In this document: positions 26,001 through 37,783 of the stretch, in pieces
Numbering within the stretch: position 1 is the stretch's first letter
How the letters are laid out: the number at the start of each line of letters is the position of its first letter
DNA from: Marsupella aquatica
Lineage: Eukaryota > Plantae > Marchantiophyta
DNA length: 64,000 nt
Assembly (NCBI GenBank): GCA_973895155.1
Contig: OZ316897.1
Coordinates: 3,690,211 to 3,754,210, forward strand
Direction of reading: 5' to 3'
The notes under the pieces: generated by a model
What the model saw: only the letters and a program-made list of their open reading frames with translations
Told to the model about the DNA's origin: nothing
Databases searched by the model: none
Made by a program: the position numbers and the translations under genes

Positions 26001-27037
26001 TTGGCCATATCGATAGGACTAGCGAATACCCCGTCGACGGCTGATACGGTGAAGCCGAGCGCAGCTCCTGCAGCAATAATGCTGACGATGACGTCCCTCT
26101 GAATAGATTTCTGCGCCTGAAGCGTCGTTGCAACATCGCACACCCGAATCCCTTTAGAATCAACACTCAAATCTTCGAAAAACATTCACAGATCCAGGAA
26201 AAGATCCTCTGAAATATGACTTTCTTCAGCGTGGGCAACTACTCGTTCATACGTGTGTTCGACATCTGATTATTGCGACATCTGATTATTGCGACATCTG
26301 ATTATTGCGACATCTAAAGCAAACAAGAACCTCACACACAAGCTACAATTAAACGAAACCTCTCCAAGCTGAACATGTAATCGACGCTCACTGAGCTGGA
26401 TCGTTCAATCCGAGACTTTCACTGTCTTTCGCTTTCAAGGATAACACCTCCACAAGTCACTCAAAGTGTCTAAGTGGACTGTACTTCTACATGAACCTTT
26501 AGGTATGGCTTTATTTTAAGGTGAAAACCTTCAGACGTAAGTACTTTAACTAGTGGCCTTCGAGTATTTGTATAGCTATCAACTCTTACGACACCTGCTA
26601 TGTAGGTCAAACATCCCAACGAAAGCACAGATAACATATGCAGGACAAATGCCTTTCTCACATGAGCAAAGGCATCATACATCTTGCAGTCTATTCAAAC
26701 TCGAGATTCAACCTGGAGAAAACCTAGTACCTAAACTTACCTATCGCTATCCATGATAAATTTGGGTTCATGAAGACTGCCGGTCTAAAGCTATTAACAA
26801 AATGGGAGCCAGGAGCCAGACATTGGATTCGTCAGTTGCACATACCGAGTCTTCCGATAGAGCTGCCCTGGCGGAGACAACTCCGTTGGATCTCTTTGTC
26901 CTCAAGGGGGCAAACTGCACCATAGAGGTTGTTCGGAAAGCATTGCCGGAGGAAAGTCTGGACGCATCTCCTCTAGCAGTGGCCGCCACTGCTGCGGATC
27001 CGCAGGTCGTAGCAAATGCTGTCGAAGTTGCTGCCAT
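23026..27037 (-). CDS. Uncharacterised chloroplast (probably thylakoid-lumen) targeted, A/K/G/S-rich LEA-like protein, 326 aa
   Basis: Exons 27037-26846, 26116-25772, 23791-23420 and 23097-23026, all phase 0 with GT-AG introns. A transit peptide MAATSTAFATTCGSAAVAATAR...VVSARAA is followed by hydrophobic VIVSIIAAGAALGFTVSAVDGVFA, then repeats GGAVEDAKKGAEN / GGVVEDAKKGVEN, ending DLKSGVQSKAGDAKRAAESALPK*. Confidence 0.8.
25057..25145. repeat. Perfect tandem duplication, 44 bp x2 (intronic)
   Basis: acatgtaagtgtgtaatcaaggtgagctacaactagagtacgct at 25057 and 25101. Confidence 0.95.
26260..26315. repeat. 16-bp tandem repeat x3.4 (intronic)
   Basis: gacatctgattattgc at 26261, 26277 and 26293. 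Confidence 0.95.
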
Positions 27038-27208
27038 CGTGCTCAGTTTTCTCAATAACAAGATCGGTCCTCGAGATGTAAGACGAAGGCAGATGCCGCA
27101 GAAATTGGTAGTGTACAACACTTGTAATGAGTGAGGAGTTGCGCTACGAACAATACGAACAATCGATCCTCTCACCGATGCTTCACTCTATTTGAAAGTC
27201 CGAAGGTT

Positions 27209-27595
27209 CATGCATCGAGAAGCACTTTCCCGTCGGATCTGACAATCATCCATCCGAGCCGGTACATGAAGAGCGGCTACCATCTGTCCGGCATGAATTG
27301 GCCCCACGGCAGCGACTACAATTTGCGCCACTAGTAAACTTGCATGCACAGGCACAATTCGGTCACAGCGCATGTCGAGGATAACATCGCCAGGTATCAA
27401 AGCTCGAGCGTCCATGAACCGGCGACACGTTCGTCGACGATTTCGCGCCTAGGCAGTGCCACCATGAAGGGGCTGTACCGGTGGCTTGGCATGCAGCTCA
27501 TGAATCGAGCTGATAGCTCGAGCGCTGCACTGACTGGTGATCGAGAGGCGTTATCTTCCCGAAGGATTCGAGAATTGTCTTCGTGACTACACGTG
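27209..27595 (-). promoter_or_regulatory. ABRE / G-box plus RY motif cluster upstream of the LEA-like gene
   Basis: ABRE ACGTGTC on the minus strand at 27424-27430, CACGTG at 27590-27595, and RY core CATGCA at 27209, 27343 and 27490. Confidence 0.6.
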
Positions 27596-27827
27596 ACATC
27601 GCGCTGCCAGCTACCGAGTTGCCGCGCGACAACGCGACTGTCGTGTTAGCCATCAAAGAAGCGAATGCTGAGGTGCGAGAGAGAGTCCTTAATTAATTAA
27701 GGCAAGGGCCGCCGTCTTGCATGCGACCTGCCCTTAAATCTGCGGCCCTTGAATTTCCAACACTAAAATTTGCACCCTTAAATTTGGAATGATTTGCTTG
27801 ATTACACTCCAAAATGAAACCTGTTAC

Positions 27828-27981
27828 TTGATATTACTTTTGGAATTTTGGGTACATTGATTCAAGATCAAGGGACCTGTGAAGTTTTGGGTACATTGAT
27901 TTAATTGATATTATTCTTGGAATTTTGGGTACATTGATTCAAGATCAAGGGACCTTTGAAATTTTGGGTACATTGATTTAA
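27828..27981. repeat. ~78-bp tandem duplication with internal ttttgggtacattgatt sub-repeats
   Basis: tggaattttgggtacattgattcaagatcaagggacc occurs twice; the sub-motif occurs four times. Confidence 0.85.
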
Positions 27982-30900
27982 AATCAATGGTTTGGATCAC
28001 TCAAGGGTCCTATCAAGTTTAGGGTTTATCAAACACCTTTCATTTTGGGGTCCGATCAAGCAAATCCCTCCTTAAATTTGTGGCCCTTCAATCTAACTAG
28101 CGTTGAGCATGGACCAGGTCAACCCAGGTGCTACAGAATTGCGGTCAGGAATACACCAAATGTGGAACCATTTTTTAGAGGTACTTGCTATTTCCAAATC
28201 TCTTGTCTGAAAAGTCATGATGGGAAACCTTTTTGTGGACAGCAAACAAGTACTATGAATGGGAGTATGAAGGAGGTTTGGGCAGGGGTTCTAGACTAAA
28301 CCTTGCTCCCTGAATGCTTGGAAAAGTTATCACGGTTAGTGGATACTCACTTTCAGGTCACAGGGTTACTAACTCATGGCATGCAGGCGGGCATGGAGGG
28401 GGTTATGGGTGTAGGGGTTATGGGCTGTTAATCTTGAGAGTGGTGAGTTTAAGGGGTTACCGTCATGGCCCCCCAAAAGGCCATGGGTTTATTACCTTAA
28501 AGCCACACCATCTGTTATCACATGAAATTTTGGGATATGGCAGGCTGGGTGGGCTTGAGTTTTGATGAGCTATTATTGCCCCTAATGCTCAGTAACAGGG
28601 CCTGAATCTTGGCCCTTAAATCTCCCTTCACCTGCAGGGAAAAAGCCTTGGGCGATGGACCAGGTCAGTCTGGGGTGTTGCGACCTGTGGCTTTTGTTGG
28701 CTGCCTTTGTTGAGGGAGGATCAGTGTAGCTATTTTGTTTCAGAGGTTTGGGAGGACCAGAAGTTTCTAAACTTTGCTCTTCAAACTCTGAATATGCCAT
28801 TGAGCTTCAGGTTCATACGATTCAGGCACCAAGATCTCCTTAATAACATGATGCCATAATCGCAGGCCATAATAAGCTGCCTGATTATCAGTTTTGAGCA
28901 GCAAATGTAAGGGCCGGCTACATGGAAGACAACTCTAAGGTCATAAGGAATGAATTACATAGTGGAAGATAAAGTGCAGGGTAACCAATGGCCCCCAGTG
29001 TTTGCAAGCATTTTTTTTTTAATTTTAATTAATTTTTTTCATGAGTGAACTTTTTTTTTCATGAGTGTTTGCAAGCATAACCCCATATATCAATAGTTGA
29101 AAATTTGAGACTCAAACTCTTAGTCAACAAACAAAAACTGTCAGTGGCAATCTAATATTAAAGAAAAGATGGTGACAAAATATGTATCTGAACAAAAAAC
29201 ATGGCAATGTAATAATTCCTAGTTATACCCCTCCTAAATATACAATTTGGCAATATTGGTCCTCAATCACTCCATGATAGTGTGGACGAGAAGAAGAGTG
29301 GTGGACCTTGCCACCTAGCGCCCTCACCAATCCTAACACCCTTGCATAAGTGCCCCTGGTGCCCGAACGCCTACACATAACTCCTTGAGCAAGTAACTTG
29401 TTACCTCTAGCACCTCCAACGGCAACTCCCATACAAAGTTGCGCTTGCTCCCTAACACGACTGTCGCTCAACGATCCTCACTGTCTGCACAAGCAACCAA
29501 ACACCTAGGTAAGTAAACCCAAAAGATCTAGGAACTCCAAGACTAGTGTTTTAACTCAAGCTTAACAAACATTGGTAAGTAGGTCAACAAATAGAACCTC
29601 CCAAGCCCGCACAGCCTTGCCATAAGCTGAAGCCAGTGCGGACACCCATCATTCGTCCATAATAGCCCCTCTACGTGTGCTGCATGTGCTTCCCCACTTC
29701 CTATTTGTCACTGCCTGACCGCCCTGTCCCCAGGACATGCTCATGGCCCAAATAGCGAGTGTGTCCCAAGCTTGTCCTAAGATAGTGCTAAAACTTCAAG
29801 ACCAGATTGGCCTCGACTCTAGCAACCCACTCCAAGGTTCCCGCTCACCCAATAATCTAAGGGCCAAGTTCACTTGGAACTCAACCTCCACGCCTACTCT
29901 GCTTTGCCTCCCCAATGCAAGCTCCTGTGGGAAACTCAACACGACTTGGCTATTGTTGTGGTGGGATTTGGCAAGCGTTGAGATAGCCCCCACAAACCCC
30001 AAGAACCAATGGCACCCCTAGACCAAGCTGAGCTCAGGAGGATGTAGTACTCCTCAAGAGCTTTCCATCGCATCTAGGATGTACTCCAACGGACTTCCCG
30101 TTGAGAAGTTATCGTTGTTTCTATTTGGTGTTTCCTCTTAGTGTAGCGACCATTGCGGCTCACGACTTGGACTCGCTCTTGGCCCCCAAGGAGACCCCCC
30201 TCCTCTCATCTATGTTTTTGGAGACCTGCCACCCCCGGATCTGATTTTTTCCCCTATATTTGGCCCTCAACCTGGACTCCAACACGCACGGGCACGCAAC
30301 TAACTTTCTCTGCCACAACTTTCTAGTTACGCGTTCATAAGTGAAGTGTCTTAGTCCATTGTGATCGGAACAACCAAGTGCTCATGCTTAGGCCCTCAAA
30401 ACCCGTCGTTAGTCGGGGTTCCGGCACGGTCCCATGCGGCCACGTTGTATCTCATGCACTAAACATCCGTTGCGTATGAAGTAAGCTTCGTTAGCCTTGG
30501 GCCTCAGAGGAGCTCCCACTCAAGCCCTTAGAACTCAAAGTCCGTCCGGGGGTTTGGACGGTCCACCCTGAGCCGGCCCTTCCCATGACTCGACCAGCTC
30601 CATGCTAGTCTAAGTCCTTAGTGTGCGTCACCATTTTGGCTCCTTGCTTATGCTAGTGCAACGCCTCATTGCCCACTAGTCTCCTCATACTTGGTCCCCA
30701 CCGGATGGCCGTTCTGGAGGCTTGGACCATAGAGAAGCTCGACGTTGGAGTCAGCAAAGCCGGAGCTAAGTGTTAGGGTAGTTGAGTTCCGCAACTAGAA
30801 GGCATACTAGTTACAACAAAATTGTATCAAGGAGCTTCCTACGTTCAGAGCTTTGTGTCCAAATTTTAATTATGGACTGTCATTAGAGGTCCTTGGCAAA

Positions 30901-33645
30901 ATTCCTGACACCAGAGCATGCCACATCAGCAAGGATGACGACAAACACAACATGACAATTCTGTGAAAAGAAATAATCACCCAGATCCTTGTGACTATTT
31001 TTGTGTGAAATTCTGGGTCGCCATGTGGTAAACCCTAAGCACAAAAATAACCAAAACACTAAGGAAGAGATGAAACATTTTTCTAACTCTAATCATTTTA
31101 CCTTTTTTATTTTTGTAAATTCAAAATAATTCATTTAATAAAGTATTTTCACATTAAATATAGATAACCAGATAAGTAAATGTTAAATATGAAAGGGAAT
31201 TAAGGGAATTAACTACCCTAACAAAAGTAACTTGTCCCGATCGAGTCACACCACTGCAAAGCTGAACATGAATATTGAGAATGCACTTCAAAGGACTAAA
31301 ACAAGGTTTTGTAGTACATGAGTGATTTGACTGGGTCCGATGCAAAGAAAGGCACATGAACATTTGCAAGTGGGATGTAGAGGTGCGTAGATCAATGTAA
31401 ACGGAGAGATACAGGAGCAATCAGGTCAATTCTGTTACAACAACGGCAACAATCCAATATATCCAACTTTCCGAAGAAGGATTCATTTGGTGCATTTCTG
31501 GAGAAGGGGAGGAGAGATCCTTCCTTGATCTCTTCTTGTTCCCTTCTAATAGTGTAGGGGTCCAGACTGAAGATGGTCGTTTATTGTCTTTTGTTACGTT
31601 GGACTAAGATTGTACCCGCATTGCGTGGATCTGCTATTGCTGTTGAGATTCACTTGTCAAGTCTAGATCAATCGAGGCTCGAGAAGTGTTTACCGACCGA
31701 GGCCGAGGCAAGCATCATGTTGACATTTTGATCCAGGCGTCACCTTCAGGTTGTGACGGTGTATATTTCTAGAGCCTCCAAATTATTTGCTCAACTTCAC
31801 TGAGGTTAAGCAAATAACAGCTAGCTATGATACAAGGTCCATTGTAAGAGCTTTCCCTTTAATAAGGAATAAATGAGCTGGACACTATTTCCAACGTGAA
31901 AGAGTTCAGGTAGATCAGCAAAAGAGCATTTAAATCATCAGCCTGGAGGATTTGTAAGGTCCACAATGCTACCAAGCTTTGGAGCCAAGAATGTCCAACT
32001 TTTTAAGTCTTGACACCTTTTGCTGTACCTCTTGAGAAACTAATTTAGAGCAAAACTTCAGATGAGATTTCTGTTGAACAGTTCTGTGAATAAACTCAGC
32101 CTAATATCTCTCTTTCAAAGGCTGTCAATGGTGAGCCAATTTTCTCTTCCTGAGCATAAAACAAGAGCAAAGAACTCAGATAAGAATTCTGATCAGAGGG
32201 AAAAACATTCATGTATATTTTATAAACTTTGTACCACAATCAAGTGAGAAAGATCAAAAGAGGGATCCTAAATCTAAATTAAAACACAATATGCAAAGAA
32301 ACAAGGGGGTCCACAGATTAGTTCATATATATGAATTTGGGTTGAAGAGACTGAATTGATCTGATCTGATAGGAATTCACCTAAGGAGATCCCTTCATTT
32401 GGAACAAGGAGTGGCATTTATAAATTTCAACCTTTAAGGACATTTGTGTAATTTTTGGTAACTTGTACTCTTTAATGATTCCTTTAAAAACCGCCAGTAT
32501 CACCCAAACTGTGGAAGGACAAAAAAGGCCCTCCCCCCGGGGGAGTTTTACCTGATTTCTTAAGATAATGATGAGGTAAATATGGGGTTCTCATCATGCC
32601 ACAATCTGAGGAGGAGGGTGGTGATTTAAAGCATTGCATTCCTAATTGAAACTCCCTCCTTCTGGGATTGAAACTTGCTTACAAATCGCAATCACAAGCT
32701 AGAGTTGGGGTCTAGGCTTCTAGAGTGACTCTTACTAGGGCCCCCACCAAAATGTACATGGATGGAAAGAACCATGGATGATGTGTATGTCAAAATGATG
32801 ATCATGCATGATTATATTCCAAGAATGGGCACCCAGGCTCCTTCTCATAAACAATGGACCCCTAAACCCATGTATGGTGGACAACACCAGCAAGGAAATG
32901 CTTATAATAAACTTTCTTCAAAAACTATAAAACTGCAATTTTGGTGCATTTGCAAACAAAAAAAAAGCAAAAAAATTGTTGGGGAAGCAGCAGTCCGCTT
33001 GCACTTAACAACATCGGATCAATCAAGGAGTTGGCAACTCCTTCTAAGCATAATTTTGCAAAGCCTCACAAGGAGAGTTTACATTTGGTAACCCATGGGC
33101 TGTTCTGGTCTGTATCTTCAGGCTCACCTCTCTCATAACTCTTCCTGAGCATTAATTTTTGATGATTCACAAGGAGGGTTACACTTGGTAACCCACAGGC
33201 TGTTTGGGGTTATGGGATATATCCCCCCTGGGGCTCACAACTCCTCCTTAGCATAATTTTACAAAGACTCAAAAGGCCTGTTTGAGGTAATGGGTTGTAA
33301 CCCCCATGGGCTCACCCCCTTGTGACTCATCTGAAGCATAATTTTCCAAAGGCTCACAAGGAGGGCTTATGATGGGTAAACTTTTGGCTGTTTTGGTGTA
33401 ATGGTGTAATCCTCCAGGAGTACACCCCAGAGCCCCTTGACAAATTGAGTTCAGAATTGCCAGTGTCAACTGAGGGAAATGTCCACACGTGTCTTAGTCA
33501 CACAATGATCATGGTCTTGACTTCAAGGTTTGATTGGACTAATTTCTCAATTCTCCATCACATAATCCTCAAATCATTCAGAAATTCTGGACTACATGAA
33601 TTTTCTGTTGGACACCATCTGTCACTATCTTGACAATGCAGTGAA

Positions 33646-33740
33646 AGCGACTTTACATTGTGATTGTATTCACGTCCTCAACAGGTTTTCCTAGCGACTT
33701 TACATTGTGATTGTATTCACGTCCTCAACAGGTTTTCCTA
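33646..33740. repeat. Perfect tandem duplication, 47 bp x2
   Basis: agcgactttacattgtgattgtattcacgtcctcaacaggttttcct at 33646 and 33693. Confidence 0.95.
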
Positions 33741-35007
33741 TCGACTGAGGGTTTTCCTTCCCTCAAGAAGACAGTAATTGCTTGATGGTGCTCCTCAATG
33801 GATCAAGTTGAACAACAATCCATGATTCTGTCTCGAGTTGAAAGTGTAGGACAATGGCAGTCTGGTTCGAGTTACTAGCCTGACCAGAAATCAGGTACGG
33901 AAAACCTGAGCAGCAACTGTTGGGAAACTTTTATGAGCTTTCTTGGAGGGGTTCAGGCCAAAACCCCTCCATTACAGTGTAGAATTACTGTCCAAAAAAT
34001 GGCTACTTCTGGGCAAGGAATTATGAAAATAGCAGGTACTTCCCAAAATGGTTACATGCTGGTAACCTGCATTCTGTACATAAATTACATCTAGTCATAT
34101 GAGAGCATTTGTGAGTTTAATCTTGGGAAGGAATATTAAGACCAGCTTGGGTGACAAACAAGTGCAAGCACCAAGCAATTCATTACCCTTTGTGCATTAT
34201 TTTACAAATATATATTTATTTCTATATTGTCAAAAGGGGCCAAACTAGGAAGTAGTTAATTTGAAGGCTCCTCCATGGACCACATTTCCCAAAATTTGCG
34301 GTTAATTGTAAAAACTTGATATTCACAAATTCCATCAAAGTGACACAGAAAATTTTGGACATTTCAGTTGAGTGTTTCATCATAAAATGTAGAGTGGTAA
34401 ATTTCACTAGATTAATTTTGATTATGTTAACCTGAATATTTGAGCTTGTGTTTTTTCATGTCTCTTCCTTCTCTAGTGGCCCTTGCAGGTGCAAACTAGA
34501 ACTTTATTTATGACTCATATTCATCAAGTTATGGGCCCTAGACTCCCATGGAGTGGTGGTGTATCCCGACATCAATTTCAGGATAGGGAAGGAAACACGA
34601 TGAAGAGGAGGAAACAAGAGAAAAATCCAAGAAGAGGAAAGAGACAAGAAAACCCAGCAGAACAGGGAGACACTATCCCCAAACCAGGAGAAATTAAGGA
34701 AAAAACCCTAAGAAGACCAAAGAGTAGAAAAGTCCCACAAGGACAAAATGTTGAGCATAGACGACGATCGCAACGGCAAGCCCATGAACCATTCAACGCA
34801 TAATAGTCGACACAAGAGATACGTGGTTCACCTCCTTGAGGCTACGTCCACGGGAACACACAAGAGAGCTTTACTGAACTCTAAGCCCGTCGGCTATACC
34901 GAGTCTCCACAGTGTAAGCTCTCCCTATCTCTCAAGTGGCTCCATAACAATGAGCCTTGGTTCTACCTCTCCAAGCACACATGCCTCTTATGATATAGTG
35001 TGCAACT

Positions 35008-35133
35008 TAGTTGTACCTAACCACATAGTTGTACCTAATCACGTAGTTGTACCTAACCACATAGTTGTACCTAATCACGTAGTTGTACCTAACCACGTAG
35101 TTGTACCAACCCACGTTGTTGTACCAACCACGT
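35008..35133. repeat. 18-bp minisatellite x7
   Basis: Unit (ta)gttgtacctaa(c/t)cac(a/g); translates as VVPNH(I/V) in ORF 34950-35147. Confidence 0.95.
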
Positions 35134-35613
35134 CATACCTAACCTAGACGTAAGAGTAAATACCCAACACAAAAGAGAGCTTTACTGAGCAGCAAATTGA
35201 TAAGCCTGGTTAAGCTCACATAAAAGGGTCATGTAACTACAAAGCCTTGTAAAGCCCCACATAAGAGGGTCATGAAGAAGAATCTATCTCTATGATACCC
35301 TAAGACCAACAGCTAGCCTTGCCTTACTAAGAGTAGTGAACGCCTGTACTTTGTGCCAACCCGTGGATATGGCTAACAGAATTAGGATGATGAGTCTTGG
35401 CAGGGGGTTACTAGGCTCTAACCATATGACCAGAAAGTGACAAAAAGCTGACCGGCCGGGAAGACCCTTTGAGCATTCTGGTCATTGGAGCACCGGAGGT
35501 AGCTGGAAAGCTTGCTGGGAGCAATGTTCAGACTATAACCCCAGCCCAGACAGTCTTTAGAATACATAAATGCACAACAGGAATAAATTACCATTCACTA
35601 CAGTAGTTTCAGA

Positions 35614-35689
35614 GCAATAGATTATGGCAAGCAAAGACTCTAGAAATGGTTGCAATAGATTATGGCAAGCAAAGACCCTAGAAATGGTT
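35614..35689. repeat. Tandem duplication, 38 bp x2
   Basis: gcaatagattatggcaagcaaagac.ctagaaatggtt at 35614 and 35652. Confidence 0.9.
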
Positions 35690-37044
35690 ACATATTATAG
35701 AAATAGCAAGGAACTCTATAAATGGTTAGGGCATTTAAGATAGATCTAACTTCCAGTGTCCAAAGAGGGTAGTCCACATATGCTCTACCCCTGTAGCTCA
35801 GGTGTTGGATCAGCTGTGATAGTTTCTAGCCAAATTTTTAGAGTGATTAAATTGAAAGTCTAGAAACACATTGCAAGAGAATGTCTTTTCTGAAAAAGTT
35901 CTGTATCGTATTGAACGAGAAGTGAGTGCTCTCCAGTCTCCAGTCTTCCAACGGGAAGTGATCGGGTGCTTTCTGTGTGGTCGTAGAAAATCTGGTCGAG
36001 TCTATCAAGCGGATTAGAAAGAAAGATTGAACCTGCCGATGCTCACTGGTAATTGAAAAGGTCTTGAATTATTTTTAATAGTCATGAACTTCATGCAATG
36101 CTCGTGACTGCTTAATTGTCATCTGACCAAGGCCCTAACACAACAAATCAGAGCTTTTTGTGGGCATGAAGAGGCAAGATTGCAACTGTGCTGCGTTGGG
36201 AGTCTGCCCATAGTCTGTTTGTAGCAACTTTTCTTCTAGTTGCATGATTCGTCAGAGAGGAGTTTCGATCTTGGTCGAGAATGAAGCCTGAAATGGATTC
36301 GATGGGAGGTACACTTCAACAAAAAACCTGATGCTCATTCACTCTCAATGTGTATTTCTCATCAACTCCTCTGCCTCAGCCTTCAGGAGAACTCATCTTC
36401 AAAATCCAATAGGACTGTTTGGTACAGCATTCTCCCAAATTCCTCTAGCTGCTCTCAATGACCACCAGATTTACTGCACTGGCAGAGGGTTTTCCTTCCT
36501 CGGGAAATTCGCAGAGTCTTTTACGCTTATTTTCCAACTTCTGATCGGCACGATTCTATCCAAATGTGCCATTCTCATCTACCTCAAAGAGCAACTAATT
36601 AGGTGGAGAAAGAGGTCCAGCAGCAGGGCTGATTATAGTTTTTCAATTATCGCTTGGAAAATAACAGCAGATGCTTATACTCCAGTTGGTAAGCTGGATA
36701 GGAAGAAAACAAAGAAAGGACAGTGACAACAGTCCCATTGCCAGCAGACCCACACTCGGAATTTATCATCTTGCAAACGTGCAGAGAGGGTCGAAAATCT
36801 GAAGATAATTCGTTCATTTGTTTGATACTTCGAAGGGCAGTTTATCTAGAGAGCAACAAGCTACTATGTTATTTCTCCATGCTCGCATCCATGGCCTAGT
36901 AACCTAAGCCATCAAAGCTGTATATGCAACGCCTCGGCCATCATGTCTGCATGGGATCCGTGATCTTGAAAGCAGCTTTGCTTTTCAAGCGAGCAAGTGG
37001 CAAGCTTAATCGACAGGACGTTCACAACGGTAATTCACAGCAGT

Positions 37045-37085
37045 TAACTCAGAGGCACACATGGAGGGAGTGTGCCTCTGAGTTA
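37045..37085. repeat. Perfect inverted repeat: 16-bp stem, 9-nt loop
   Basis: taactcagaggcacac-atggaggga-gtgtgcctctgagtta. Confidence 0.95.
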
Positions 37086-37683
37086 CTCGCGTCCATCTCT
37101 TAACATAGGACAGATTCACTCTAGCTTAGTCTCACCACACCAGCCGCAGCAGGAGTGAGGACTCTGCGTCTGACTTTGGCGAATGTGTGATTTGGATCAT
37201 CTTCTGAGCAAACAGGAACCAAAAAATGTCCTTCATTCCTGGACAGCATTCTCGCGGTCTCTATGTTACCGTTTTAAGGGCACCGGTTGACCTACTTCGG
37301 GGTGTAAAGGAATTGGAACCCAGCCCAGGATTGCATGTAACCTTCTCTGGCTCCCTATTCAGAAAGTACATAACTGTTTTGGCAGTGTTGGGCCTCAGCA
37401 ATTGACTAGCGACGAGGAAAGCAGATCCAGAAATATGGACCGATACAAGTCTCGTAGAAATTTCTCATCTCACAGACTGCTTTAGAGATGTCACCACCAT
37501 CAAAGCAGTGGAATCATCCTAAGTTTCTATTTCGTTGCCGAGCAAGTAATGACGTCCGCAACAGACAAGAAGACGAATTGAATTATCCAGAGCTACAACG
37601 CTATGCCAGCATAGTGCACATTGCTCATTCCAGAAACGAGAGATGCGAATGAAGTGCACAAACTAGTCTCCGCCCGGCACTCT

Positions 37684-37783
37684 TTGATCAATGTACTTTA
37701 GTAGTTTGAATTCCAATATTACATAGCAATACCTTGATCAATGTACTTTAGTAGTTTGAATTCCAATATTACATAGCAATACC
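37684..37783. repeat. Perfect tandem duplication, 50 bp x2
   Basis: ttgatcaatgtactttagtagtttgaattccaatattacatagcaatacc at 37684 and 37734. Confidence 0.95.

Larger units (their letters stand above)
28200..35760. mobile_element. Gene-free island of decayed TE-like sequence (family unresolved)
   Basis: No credible host ORF. Strand-skewed blocks (e.g. 29200-30800, 34560-35400) and several internal tandem repeats. No diagnostic domain or TSD recognised. Confidence 0.4.

Noticed and set aside
9066-27037. Functional clustering of two lumen-protein genes
   Set aside because: They are separated by RPS21 and TEs with no shared regulatory signature seen; probably coincidence.
30029-30050. miR390-like agctcaggagg
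   Set aside because: Only 11 nt match, there is no hairpin, and it lies in TE-like sequence.
30775-30812. Possible Helitron 3' end (tagttg/caacta hairpin then CTAG|T) or LTR/PBS junction
   Set aside because: The stem is short and AT-rich, and no matching 5' end, canonical PBS or TSD was found.
34950-35147. ORF with VVPNH repeats
   Set aside because: It is the translation of an 18-bp minisatellite in a TE-like block.
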